Counted from the first letter of the stretch, positions 1 to 9,204 are shown. The stretch is 64,000 nucleotides of DNA from Gammaproteobacteria bacterium (GCA_965243205.1 CBDEUK010000002.1:2269711-2333710); one strand, 5' to 3'. Program-made: numbers and translations. Notes: generated from the sequence alone by a model not told the origin.

Positions 1-192
1 CCAGAACATCTTGCTTTGCTCTATTGCTACTTTTACTCCATTGTTTTTCTCATAGCTCGGGTGCTGCTGAATAAGATCAAATAGATGCAGCAAAGTCATG
101 ATCTGAGTTTCATGTGGCGATTGTATGTAATTTGTCGTCAATCGAAGTATTGAGGACATCAAGTCCGTTATTTCTACTGGGTTTTCTTGCAT
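1..192 (-). CDS. hypothetical protein, partial (runs off window start)
   Basis: Manual translation from ATG at 192 gives MQENPVEITDLMSSILRLTTNYIQSPHETQIMTLLHLFDLIQQHPSYEKNNGVKVAIEQSKMFW..., open to position 1. It lies just downstream of a Fur-like box. Confidence 0.45.
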   Translation of the reverse strand, partial: MQENPVEITDLMSSILRLTTNYIQSPHETQIMTLLHLFDLIQQHPSYEKNNGVKVAIEQSKMFW

Positions 193-237
193 AAGGAATT
201 ATCAAAATTTGAGTTGTTTTATGTAATAGATTATAAA

Positions 238-280
238 TAGAAATAATTCTTATTTGCAAATAATAATGATTTTTATTAAT
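238..280. promoter_or_regulatory. putative Fur box(es) in a divergent promoter region
   Basis: AATAATGATTTTTATTAAT (262-280) matches 13/19 of GATAATGATAATCATTATC, with adjacent AATAATTCTTATTTGCA. The AT-rich background lowers specificity. Confidence 0.45.
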
Positions 281-461
281 ATCTTTATTGTCATTTGATT
301 GACAACACATGCTTTAGTCGGATGGAGAGGGCATCTTTTAAAAGCATGAAGTTCATTTATATAGAATGGCCAATATGTACGGAAAGACGTATTTCGTCTT
401 CAGGCGCTCCTAAATTACGGTCAGTTCGTAAATTTAATACGTAATTTTTGAGGATAAGAAT

Positions 462-1157
462 ATGTATAAGTCATTGATTTTACAGTCAGCTGTACTCACA
501 GCTGCATTTGCCTTTAGTGCTTCAAGCTACGCAGCAACTGCATTCGAAGACCCATCAACAGCATCTTGGGGTGGTTGGACACGTGGTGATATAGGCACTG
601 TCTATGCTCGTTGGGATGTGTTTGAGGGTGGTGGTTCATTTTCTAGCGACCATACACCAGATGTCGGTAATTTAGGTGCTGCTGTTTCAGGGTTAGTTGC
701 AAATAATAGTGGCGCATTAGTTACTGGTACGAATAATATTTATTCGTTTTCTGATACTCCAGATTTCACATCGTATGTTCAACCAACCGTTCCATTATCA
801 GGCCCAGTGACAGCTGCATTACAGATTTCTGTTACTGGTGTTGATGTTGATCAGTCGTCTGTAACAGCCATGGTTGGTGGTAGCCCAACTGCATATGATA
901 GTGTAACCACTTTATTTTCTGGACAAGTAGATTCGAGTTTTGGAACTGTAGATGCTTGGGAATATTTATTTGTTTGGACTTTACCTAATCCAGAATCATT
1001 TTATCAGTTTGATTGGAATGCATTAGCTGTTCATTCATCTTTAACTGAAGTGTCCATTGATATAGGCCCTGCAGCTACAGCGGTTCCTATTCCAGGAGCT
1101 GCTTTGCTATTTGGTTCAGCTTTGATGGGTATGGTCGGTGTCCGTAGAAGAAATTAA
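462..1157 (+). CDS. secreted surface protein with VPLPA-CTERM (PEP-CTERM-like, exosortase) sorting signal
   Basis: N-terminal signal peptide ending ASSYA. C-terminus VPIPGAALLFGSALMGMVGVRRRN = motif + TM helix + Arg cluster. RBS GAGGA. Confidence 0.85.
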   Translation: MYKSLILQSAVLTAAFAFSASSYAATAFEDPSTASWGGWTRGDIGTVYARWDVFEGGGSFSSDHTPDVGNLGAAVSGLVANNSGALVTGTNNIYSFSDTPDFTSYVQPTVPLSGPVTAALQISVTGVDVDQSSVTAMVGGSPTAYDSVTTLFSGQVDSSFGTVDAWEYLFVWTLPNPESFYQFDWNALAVHSSLTEVSIDIGPAATAVPIPGAALLFGSALMGMVGVRRRN

Positions 1158-1180
1158 TTGAATAGATTATTCTGTTAATA

Positions 1181-1212
1181 TAAAAAACCCGTATTTAGTT
1201 ACGGGTTTTTTA
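1181..1212. terminator. bidirectional intrinsic terminator
   Basis: AAAAAACCCGTA-tttagt-TACGGGTTTTTT between convergent genes. Confidence 0.85.
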
Positions 1213-3633
1213 TTAGAAGTTATATTCCAAAGACAGTCTTAGTCCTCGGCCTGCTGCAGGCACTCCAGTCACTCCACCAAAACCCATTGTTGAATATTGT
1301 TTATTTGTAATATTGTCGAAGGTTAACCCTAAGAATAAATTATCATTAGGATACCAATTAAAAAATAAACCATGTGTCGTGTAACCTCCTTCCCGAACTT
1401 TGGTGATACAACTGGGTATTGAAAAAAATCCAGCTCCTGCACAACCTGGAATCGATGTATTATTTTCACCTGCCGCAATTCGAGTTCCATTGATGCGTAG
1501 ACGATAACCAAATTCCATAAAGTGAAGAGGAATTTTTTTCCCCAAGCTTAAACTTAGGCTATCACCAGGAACGTTAAATAATTCTGATTCACCCTGGTCT
1601 TCAACTCCTATAGCTTGCACACTTGGATTAGAATTATTTTCGAAATAGTTGAAAGAAACATGACCGTCAAGCAATGAAATAGCTAATGCACTAAACCAAG
1701 TATCACTGTCATAATTTAATTCGTATTCCCAGCCATATCTTTCTTCTATTCCTGGTTGGCTTATTTCACCAGTTACACTGTTTTGATAGATCGATTCGAT
1801 TAAGTTTTCAGTATTAATAAAAAAGAAAGTCATCTTGGTACGTAGCGAATCAGATTTTGAAAACAGATTTTGTTTTTCGAAAGATAAACCAATTTCATGA
1901 GTATAGGTTTTTTCTGGTTCATAAAAATCACCACAAGATGCACGAGTATCTCTAAAAGGATTTGCTTCCCATGCAATAAGATCTAAAGGAGTTGCTGGAG
2001 GAATTACGGGTCTAGGTACAAAGGTGGAAAAAGTTCGGCAGCGGCTGGTTGCGCCTAGCGTGTAATATTCATCAATCAATGGCGCTCTAAATGAGGTGCC
2101 AAAATTATAAAATAATAGTAACGGCCCGCCGTTTGGTTTAAAGCTTAAGCCCGTACCAAAATTAAACATGTCGAAACCGTTTTTCTTAGAACGGTTTTGT
2201 AATTCCAATGCTTCTTCAGTAGCACCACCAGCTGAAACGGAATAATCATCATAACGTACCCCACCATTCCAACTCCAATTATTCCAACTCAGTTCGGTAT
2301 CTACATAAGCTCCATAGCTTTGTTTTTCGCCAGGTGGTTGCGCCTCATTGAATCCGACTGTTCCATTTGGAGCAATACGTAAATATTCTCGACGTTCACG
2401 ACTGCTTTGAATACCGATATCAACTATGCCTAGTAATTGGCCTTTGGAAAATTCAGAACGATTTTTTAAATCAAGGTTTAAAATTTTATATTCAACTTGA
2501 TCAGTTCCACCACCATTAGCAAAACTGCTTTCTTCATCAATGACTGCTTGGTCATTGTAAGCAATAGTGGCATCTATATTTAACCATAACGGTTTGGGAT
2601 CCCAATTTAGATTCAAGGTAGGCGAACGAGTTGTACGAGTCCTTCTGACTAAACCTCCGATACCAGAATTACCTGTAATATCGAATGGCTCTAAGACGGA
2701 TTCATTTGAATATCGATAGCCAATATCAATATCAAAATCGATTCCAAAGATACCAATTTTACTAAGGCTGCTTAATTGTTTGGTTTGAGAGTTTTCAAGT
2801 CTGGAGCCGTCTGGAAGGGTAATATCATTACTAGAGTTTTTGATGATGTTAAACAAAAAGTCTGTATGTTTTAAGGGTTGAGCGTAAGCTGTAAAGCCAC
2901 CTTTCCTGAGATTATCATTTGTGTTGTAACCTGTTTTTAATTCCAAACCATATTGTTGTTGAGGTTGTAATAAATCACGGGCGTTTTTCGTTTCCATTAA
3001 TATCGAACCTCCAACTGTTCCAGAACCTCCTGAACGTACACTATTTCCACGGACAACTTCGATTTGTTTTAATAGGTCTGGTTCTATATCAACCCCAGAA
3101 CCATAACGATAGCGTTCGAAGTTTTGCCTTGCCCCATCAATAGTTACTAAGATATCTTCGTTATCTGAAAAACCACGTATGTTAAAACCCTGGCCATTAG
3201 TTCTGGTTCCGCCAACAGTTGTGACTCCAGCAACATCTTGAACAAGTTCCATCACATTTATTGGGTTGCGACGTTTAATTTCCTCCAATGAGATTGTAGT
3301 AGATGAGTTATTAGGATCGATATCAAAAGATGGAGCAACTTCTTCGACACCAAGTACTTCAATGTCATCTAAATTTTCAGTGTTTTGATTAGTTTCAATT
3401 GTTGAAATAGATTCAATTTCCTCTTCTGGTTCTATTATTTCTAGAGCAGGTCCAACTTCTATTATGGACTCTTCAAGTACCTCTTCTGGTTCAGTAATAA
3501 TTTCATCTTCTTCTAATGGCGCAATCTCATATCCATCAAAATCGATACCTAACGGTTCATCATTTTCTTGTGCACTGACTAATTCACAAGCAACTGAAAA
3601 TAACAAAGATAAGACTAGGAGGTATTTTTCCAC
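1213..3633 (-). CDS. TonB-dependent outer-membrane receptor, heme/hemoglobin-receptor-like
   Basis: Signal peptide, plug motifs (FNIRGFS, IDGARQ, IEVVRG), FRAP motif, C-terminal Phe (LEYNF), GTG start, upstream Fur box. Confidence 0.85.
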   Translation of the reverse strand: MEKYLLVLSLLFSVACELVSAQENDEPLGIDFDGYEIAPLEEDEIITEPEEVLEESIIEVGPALEIIEPEEEIESISTIETNQNTENLDDIEVLGVEEVAPSFDIDPNNSSTTISLEEIKRRNPINVMELVQDVAGVTTVGGTRTNGQGFNIRGFSDNEDILVTIDGARQNFERYRYGSGVDIEPDLLKQIEVVRGNSVRSGGSGTVGGSILMETKNARDLLQPQQQYGLELKTGYNTNDNLRKGGFTAYAQPLKHTDFLFNIIKNSSNDITLPDGSRLENSQTKQLSSLSKIGIFGIDFDIDIGYRYSNESVLEPFDITGNSGIGGLVRRTRTTRSPTLNLNWDPKPLWLNIDATIAYNDQAVIDEESSFANGGGTDQVEYKILNLDLKNRSEFSKGQLLGIVDIGIQSSRERREYLRIAPNGTVGFNEAQPPGEKQSYGAYVDTELSWNNWSWNGGVRYDDYSVSAGGATEEALELQNRSKKNGFDMFNFGTGLSFKPNGGPLLLFYNFGTSFRAPLIDEYYTLGATSRCRTFSTFVPRPVIPPATPLDLIAWEANPFRDTRASCGDFYEPEKTYTHEIGLSFEKQNLFSKSDSLRTKMTFFFINTENLIESIYQNSVTGEISQPGIEERYGWEYELNYDSDTWFSALAISLLDGHVSFNYFENNSNPSVQAIGVEDQGESELFNVPGDSLSLSLGKKIPLHFMEFGYRLRINGTRIAAGENNTSIPGCAGAGFFSIPSCITKVREGGYTTHGLFFNWYPNDNLFLGLTFDNITNKQYSTMGFGGVTGVPAAGRGLRLSLEYNF

Positions 3634-3672
3634 AAATTATTAGCTACAAAGTTTAGTTATTAAGATCAATTA

Positions 3673-3700
3673 TTGTAATGATAATCATTATCAATTACAA
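3673..3700. promoter_or_regulatory. Fur box
   Basis: TGTAATGATAATCATTATC (3674-3692) matches 17/19 of the Fur consensus. It sits in the larger palindrome TTGTAAT-GATAAT-C-ATTATC-A-ATTACAA, about 40 bp upstream of the receptor start. Confidence 0.9.
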
Positions 3701-3766
3701 TTAGATCAGTGGTTTTATTAGCTAATAAACTGAAATAAAAGGACTTTTATAGACTACTTCAGAATG

Positions 3767-3871
3767 AATTGATTATTCTTCGCGCCTGATGAATATATCG
3801 TTCGTTTTGGAGGACGGCCCTTCGGGGCCGTTTTTCATTTCACTGAAAGGAAACTCCTAAACCAATCAATT
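3767..3871 (+). other. structured intergenic element (UUCG hairpin/terminator; candidate sRNA 3' end or REP-like repeat)
   Basis: ACGGCCC-TTCG-GGGCCGT-TTTT (3814-3835), a second hairpin TTTCA-tttcac-TGAAA, and enclosing pairings GTTTTGGAG/CTCCTAAAC and AATTGATT/AATCAATT. Confidence 0.5.
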
Positions 3872-3883
3872 TTATCGATAGGC

Positions 3884-4780
3884 TTATCGAGCACCTTGTA
3901 AACCACCTGAATGATAGGCGATGATAGTTTGGCCTGCCTGAAAATAATTCTTTTGAACCAAATTAAATAACCCGAAGAATAATTTGCCTGTGTAAACTGG
4001 TTCGATCGGAATGTTTGTTTGGCTTGTGAAATGTTTTATGAATGTAACTAATTCAGGATTGCTTTTTGCGAATCCACCAAAATGATAATCATTGAATATT
4101 TCAAAGTTTGAATAAGTTTCTGAAGTGAATTGTTTAATTTCAGTTTCAATAAACCCAGTATTTTTTAAAGCGGAAATTCCGATAAGTTTCTTATTAGGTG
4201 GTATGCGTTTTGATAAACCCGCTAGTGTTGTTCCAGTTCCACAGGCGGTAGCAATGAAATCATAATTTAGAGTGATTTCTTCAAGTAGTTCATTTATTCC
4301 GAGCAATGCTTCTGATGTTGCTCCTCCTTCTGGAATCCAGTAACCAGAGTATTCAGTATTATTAAGTGAGTTATAGTTTTTTAGTGATCGCAATTCACGA
4401 AATTGACTACGTTCAATAAATACACACTTCATACCCCAGTGTTTTAAATCATTAATCGTTGGGTTATCGTTTTCTTCGCCACGAATAAATGCTGTGCACT
4501 TTATATTTAACTTGTGACAAACGAATGCTAAAGCATGAAGATGATTTGAATAAGCTCCGCCCATGCTTACGAGATGATCAAGTCCCAGTTCTAAAGCATG
4601 ATGAATAATGTATTTAAGTTTACGCCATTTATTACCTGAAATTATAGGATGTAATAAATCATCACGTTTAACGAATAAGGTAATCTCTTTTTGATTTAAA
4701 ACAGGGTGGTGTATTTGTTCAAGCTTTGTCTTTGAATAATCAATTCCTAACGTGTTTTCTATTTTCTTGAGGGCATCCAT
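3884..4780 (-). CDS. PLP-dependent D-cysteine desulfhydrase / ACC deaminase family protein
   Basis: KRDDL...SGNKWRKL PLP-lysine motif, GGAYSNH, PEGG, CGTGTTLAG, PVYTGK, HSGGLQG. Confidence 0.85.
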   Translation of the reverse strand: MDALKKIENTLGIDYSKTKLEQIHHPVLNQKEITLFVKRDDLLHPIISGNKWRKLKYIIHHALELGLDHLVSMGGAYSNHLHALAFVCHKLNIKCTAFIRGEENDNPTINDLKHWGMKCVFIERSQFRELRSLKNYNSLNNTEYSGYWIPEGGATSEALLGINELLEEITLNYDFIATACGTGTTLAGLSKRIPPNKKLIGISALKNTGFIETEIKQFTSETYSNFEIFNDYHFGGFAKSNPELVTFIKHFTSQTNIPIEPVYTGKLFFGLFNLVQKNYFQAGQTIIAYHSGGLQGAR

Positions 4781-5334
4781 TACATGCCTTTCACTGCGTA
4801 TATCCCATCTCCATTACGTAGATAATCTTTATAATCCATTCCATAACCGAATACATATCGATCAGGCACGACTAAACCAGTGAAGTCAGCTTTTTCAATA
4901 CCACTTTCACGTTGAGTTTCTTTATCAACTAACACAGCCGAAAAAACTTCACTGGCTTGATGATCTTTACACTCATCAATGATGCAAGAAAGCGTAATAC
5001 CTTTATCTAAAATATCATCTATGACTAAAACAGCGCGGTCTTTTAAATCAATATGTGGACTTCGTAGCCATGTAATTTCTCTACCGACAGTATCGCCTGC
5101 GTAACGTGTGGCATGAACATAGTCGAGTTGTAATGGAAAATTAAGGCGTGGTAACAACATGCCAGTTGGCACAATACCGCCAGTCATAATGCAAAGTAAT
5201 ACAGGGTTTTTTGTGGCTAGTTTATCAGTGATTTCAAGCGCCATTTTATCCAATGATTGTTCAACTTCTTGTCTGCTAAACAGTAAATCGGCTTCACTTA
5301 AAACGTTTTCAACTTCTTGGGTAGAGACAGTCAT
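4780..5334 (-). CDS. hpt: hypoxanthine(-guanine) phosphoribosyltransferase
   Basis: PRPP-binding loop VLVIDDILDKGITL and YVFGYGMDY motif. Confidence 0.85.
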   Translation of the reverse strand: MTVSTQEVENVLSEADLLFSRQEVEQSLDKMALEITDKLATKNPVLLCIMTGGIVPTGMLLPRLNFPLQLDYVHATRYAGDTVGREITWLRSPHIDLKDRAVLVIDDILDKGITLSCIIDECKDHQASEVFSAVLVDKETQRESGIEKADFTGLVVPDRYVFGYGMDYKDYLRNGDGIYAVKGM

Positions 5335-5419
5335 GAGAGTTTGAATTTTATGTAGTCATTAATAATGGCATTTAGTCTATATAAGTATTGAATTAATAAA
5401 AGCAGAATCTGTCTAGGAC

Positions 5420-5442
5420 TATAATAATTGTTAATTATTATA
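5420..5442. promoter_or_regulatory. perfect 10-3-10 inverted repeat, candidate operator
   Basis: TATAATAATT-GTT-AATTATTATA in the divergent hpt / leader-ORF intergenic region. The regulator is not identifiable. Confidence 0.4.
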
Positions 5443-5480
5443 ATCAGAGTTAATATTTCCGGCCGGTCAAAAATCGCCCC

Positions 5481-5762
5481 ATGAAACTTCGACAAAATTA
5501 TTTTACGTTACTCGTATTATTGATACTCGTACTTTGTCGAGTAGGAGCGGTTGCGCACGCCGTTGAACATACATTTGAAGATCATGACGATTATTGTGAA
5601 GTCTGTTCTTTAGCCGAACACAACTCCGATGGTCTGGTTTCAGCATTCCACGATGTCGTCCCATATGAAGTTACAGAATCATCCCATTTTTATCAGTCTC
5701 TTCGACTAGCTACTCAACTAATTTGGGATGGCTTATCTCGAGCACCCCCCGTTATTTTCTAA
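5481..5762 (+). CDS. DUF2946/CruR-like leader protein (signal sequence, His-rich, CxxC, C-terminal RAPP)
   Basis: Hydrophobic N-terminus, HAVEH..HDDYCEVC, and SRAPP three residues before the stop; directly upstream of a TonB-dependent receptor. Confidence 0.75.
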   Translation: MKLRQNYFTLLVLLILVLCRVGAVAHAVEHTFEDHDDYCEVCSLAEHNSDGLVSAFHDVVPYEVTESSHFYQSLRLATQLIWDGLSRAPPVIF

Positions 5763-5839
5763 ATACATTTGTACAATTTTTCTTTGACGTTGGTTTTTAG
5801 TACTGACGTTGTTTTGTATTGTTTTTTAGGGGAATTTTC

Positions 5840-7816
5840 ATGAATAAATTATTCATATTATGTGCATCAATAGCATTACCCAGTTTGGTAATGGCAGATG
5901 ATGTCAGAGAAGTAGATGATGTGGTGGTGACAGCACGACCAATTAGCTCGCAAAGTTTAGAGCATATAACCCAACCTGTTAAAGTTTTAAAAGGCGAGGA
6001 ATTAGAACGTAAACAGACAATAACGATTGGTGAAACATTGGCGAATGAGTTGGGTGTTACCAGTTCGGATTTTGGTCAAGGCGCGAGTCGACCCATTATT
6101 CGTGGTTTGGGTGGTCCGAGATTACGAATTTTACAAAATGGTTTAGGCAGTATGGATGTGTCGTCAATCAGTGTGGATCATAATGTATCTATTAATCCGT
6201 TTCAGGCTGAGCAGATAGAAATTGTACGTGGACCTGCCAGTTTACTCTATGGCAATGGAAACAGTGCTGGTGTGGTGAATGTAGTTTCGAATCGCATTCC
6301 AGATAAAATACTACCGTTTAAGGCTAAATTTCATGCAGGTTATCAATCAGCTCTGGATGCTGGAACAGGTGCATTTTCAGTTGAGGGTTCACCACATGAC
6401 AATTTAGCATTTCATATAGATGGTTTACATTTTGAGTCGGAAAATTACGACGCTGAACAGGGTGAGATCTTAAATTCAGAAATTGACACTCAGGATGTCA
6501 ATCTCGGAGGTTCCTTTATCGGTAGTCGAGGTTCTATAGGATTATCTTACGGACGCTATCAATCAGAGTATGGCTTAACATTTAATCCTGAAGAGCCAGA
6601 TGAATTAGTCTTCATCGATTTACTACAAGATCGTTTTGATTTAGCTGGTGAATTGAAAAATCCTTTACCCGGTTTTTCTCAAGCAAATATACGTGTCGGC
6701 TATAACGATTACACTCACACTGAATTTGAAGGCCCTGGCGAACCTGGAACAGTGTTTAATAATGAAGAATGGGAGACGCGATTAGAGATGGCGCATAACC
6801 CTATTGGTGTTTTCAATGGTGTGGTGGGCTTGCAATTCATTGACCGGGATTTTGAAGCCGTTGGTGATGAGGCCTTTGTACCTGCTGTAGAATTATATTC
6901 AATTGGTGGGTTTATCTTTGAAGAAACGGATTGGAATGATTGGCATTTCGAGTTTGGAGCGAGATTGGAACATCAATCAGCTGATCCAGTTGGTTCAGCC
7001 ACACTTAATGAAGTTGATCATGATACATATTCTATCTCTTTCGGCACTCATTGGGATTTTCGACCTGGATATCATTTAGCGTTGAATACTTCACGTTCGC
7101 AACGCGCACCATCATTGGAGGAATTATTTGCTGGGGGACCACACTTGGCAACAGAAACCTTTGAAGAGGGAGATGTTAATTTAGATGAAGAAACATCGAA
7201 TAATATCGATCTTTCTTTAGCTAATACTGATGGAAATATTACCTGGACAGCAAATCTATTTTTAAACTACATTGAAGATTTTATTTTCTTACAATCTTTA
7301 GATGAAAATAATGATGGTGAGGCCGATGAGGTTGATGACGAAAGAACCCTCGGTGCGGGAGATCTATTATTAGTAAATTACCAACAACAGGACGCTATCT
7401 TTTATGGTTTCGAGTTCGAGACCAACATTGGTTTGTATCAAGGTAATTATGGAAATCTAAGTTCAAGATTATTCACAGATTATGTTCGAGGTGAATTTAC
7501 AGATGGTGGAAATATCCCCCGTATTTCTCCTCCGCGTGTTGGTCTAGGTTTTCAATGGACAAAACAAAAATGGTCATCGAATTTGGATTTTATTCATGTG
7601 TTTGAACAAGATGATGTTGCTGCTCTAGAAACAGATACGGATGGTTATGTATTATTAAATGCCTATGTGCAATACGATGTGCATAAAAACGGTAGTGTCT
7701 ATTTTAGAACCACGAACTTATTAGATGAAGATGCCAGACGTCATACATCATTTATAAAAGAAAGAGCGCCATTACCTGGGCAGTCGTTTGACGTGGGTGT
7801 AAATCTGCGCTTTTAG
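5840..7816 (+). CDS. TonB-dependent receptor, ZnuD-like (zinc/metal uptake)
   Basis: Start moved to ATG 5840 (RBS AGGGGA, signal peptide). GASRPIIRG, DHNV, YTHTEFEG, ELFAGGPHLATETFEEG and C-terminal LRF resemble ZnuD-family motifs. Confidence 0.8.
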   Translation: MNKLFILCASIALPSLVMADDVREVDDVVVTARPISSQSLEHITQPVKVLKGEELERKQTITIGETLANELGVTSSDFGQGASRPIIRGLGGPRLRILQNGLGSMDVSSISVDHNVSINPFQAEQIEIVRGPASLLYGNGNSAGVVNVVSNRIPDKILPFKAKFHAGYQSALDAGTGAFSVEGSPHDNLAFHIDGLHFESENYDAEQGEILNSEIDTQDVNLGGSFIGSRGSIGLSYGRYQSEYGLTFNPEEPDELVFIDLLQDRFDLAGELKNPLPGFSQANIRVGYNDYTHTEFEGPGEPGTVFNNEEWETRLEMAHNPIGVFNGVVGLQFIDRDFEAVGDEAFVPAVELYSIGGFIFEETDWNDWHFEFGARLEHQSADPVGSATLNEVDHDTYSISFGTHWDFRPGYHLALNTSRSQRAPSLEELFAGGPHLATETFEEGDVNLDEETSNNIDLSLANTDGNITWTANLFLNYIEDFIFLQSLDENNDGEADEVDDERTLGAGDLLLVNYQQQDAIFYGFEFETNIGLYQGNYGNLSSRLFTDYVRGEFTDGGNIPRISPPRVGLGFQWTKQKWSSNLDFIHVFEQDDVAALETDTDGYVLLNAYVQYDVHKNGSVYFRTTNLLDEDARRHTSFIKERAPLPGQSFDVGVNLRF

Positions 7817-7857
7817 TCAAATCATGCTGTTCAATTAGAGTTTGACTCGTCATAATG

Positions 7858-7890
7858 AAAGGCCTGACAGTGATCAGGCCTTTTTTATTT
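7858..7890 (+). terminator. intrinsic terminator
   Basis: AAAGGCCTGA-cagtga-TCAGGCCTTT followed by a T-tract. Confidence 0.8.
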
Positions 7891-7891
7891 T

Positions 7892-8542
7892 ATGACGACT
7901 TTTTCTAACGCAACATTATCTGCAAATAATCTTAAAGCCATTCGCGGTTTAAGAACTTTATTCGAAAATATAAGTTTTGAGCTGAATTCTGGGACTGCAC
8001 TTCGAATCGAAGGCGCAAACGGTGCTGGTAAAACAACCTTACTGAGAATGATTACTGGTTTAGGTTTTATAGCTGAAGGACAAGTGCTATGGGATCAACG
8101 ATCGATTAATAAAGTTCGTAGTGAATATAATCAATCATTACATTATTTGGGTCATCAACTCGGACTAAAGCATGCATTGACGGCGAATGAAAATTTATTA
8201 TTTATGCAGTCTTTTCTTGGATTAACTCCTGATCAAGGTTTAATTAATGATGCACTCGATTTTTTTGAAATAAAAAATAAACAACATATACCATGTCACG
8301 CTTTGTCAGCTGGACAAAAACAACGTGTTGCCTTAGCCAAGTTAAAACTTATTCCAAAACCATTGTGGGTTTTGGACGAACCCTTAACTTCGCTTGATAA
8401 AGATATTGTGGTGAAGTTAGTTTCATTGATGCAAAATCATTTAAACTCAAATGGTTTGATCATTTTTACATCGCATCAAGAGTTACGCGAACAGTCGTTT
8501 GATTATCAAAGTTTAATGCTTAATAAACAGGTGAACGCATGA
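7892..8542 (+). CDS. ccmA: heme exporter ATP-binding subunit CcmA
   Basis: Walker A GANGAGKTT, LSAGQKQRVALA, WVLDEP, TSHQ. Confidence 0.92.
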   Translation: MTTFSNATLSANNLKAIRGLRTLFENISFELNSGTALRIEGANGAGKTTLLRMITGLGFIAEGQVLWDQRSINKVRSEYNQSLHYLGHQLGLKHALTANENLLFMQSFLGLTPDQGLINDALDFFEIKNKQHIPCHALSAGQKQRVALAKLKLIPKPLWVLDEPLTSLDKDIVVKLVSLMQNHLNSNGLIIFTSHQELREQSFDYQSLMLNKQVNA

Positions 8543-9204
8543 GTGTTTATTGGGCAATCATTAAACGTGATTTGATGCTCGCAATGCGTTCATTAAATCA
8601 AGTATTGAATCCATTACTATTTTTTGTAATGACGATTTCTTTATTTCCATTAGGAATTGGTCCGGAAAAAGTGACATTACAATTAATTGCTCCAGGTATC
8701 ATTTGGATAGCTGCCTTATTAGCAACATTACTCACATTAGATGCTGTATTCCGTACTGATTATGAGGACGGTAGTTTGGATGTAATGTTACTTAACCAAG
8801 AACCATTAGCGGCAATCGTACTATCAAAAGTATTCGCGCATTGGTTGTTAACAGGATTACCTCTGATCATTATTAGCCCTATTACTTGTTACTTACTCTA
8901 CATGGATTGGTCGAGTACCCAGCTTTTGATGCTAACATTACTGATAGGCACACCGATTTTAAGTTTAATTGGTAGTATCCATATGGCACTCACGGTCGGT
9001 TTGGGGCGTGGTAATTTATTGCTTACGATTTTAACGATTCCATTTTATGTTCCTGTTTTGATTTTCTCTACAATGATCATTGATTTAGCCAAAAATGATT
9101 TGCCAATATTCGGTCATCTGCAGTTAATGATAGCTATGTTATTGTTGACTCTTGCCTTAGCACCTTTGGCAACAGCAATGGCCTTGCGTATCAGTACTGA
9201 ATAA
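8539..9204 (+). CDS. ccmB: heme exporter permease CcmB
   Basis: LFPLGIGPE, DYEDGSLD, SKVFAHW; 4-bp overlap with ccmA. Confidence 0.92.
   Translation: MSVYWAIIKRDLMLAMRSLNQVLNPLLFFVMTISLFPLGIGPEKVTLQLIAPGIIWIAALLATLLTLDAVFRTDYEDGSLDVMLLNQEPLAAIVLSKVFAHWLLTGLPLIIISPITCYLLYMDWSSTQLLMLTLLIGTPILSLIGSIHMALTVGLGRGNLLLTILTIPFYVPVLIFSTMIIDLAKNDLPIFGHLQLMIAMLLLTLALAPLATAMALRISTE

Noticed and set aside
110-310. 66-aa minus ORF, plus 10217-10429, 49398-49613 and other short overlapping ORFs in the track
   Set aside because: They are AT-rich intergenic or antisense frames without RBS or motifs, and several overlap promoters or well-supported genes.
322-444. 40-codon ORF upstream of the VPLPA-CTERM gene as a leader peptide
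   Set aside because: No RBS and no recognisable motif. Two small hairpins are present but match no riboswitch I recognise.
3786-3853. Hammerhead ribozyme (CTGATGA...GAAA) or PrrF homolog
   Set aside because: I could not build stems I-III around the core. Similarity to PrrF is only about 8 nt and on the opposite strand from the terminator.
5420-5442. Zur box
   Set aside because: It does not match the gammaproteobacterial GAAATGTTATA-N-TATAACATTTC pattern, so it is kept only as an unassigned palindrome.
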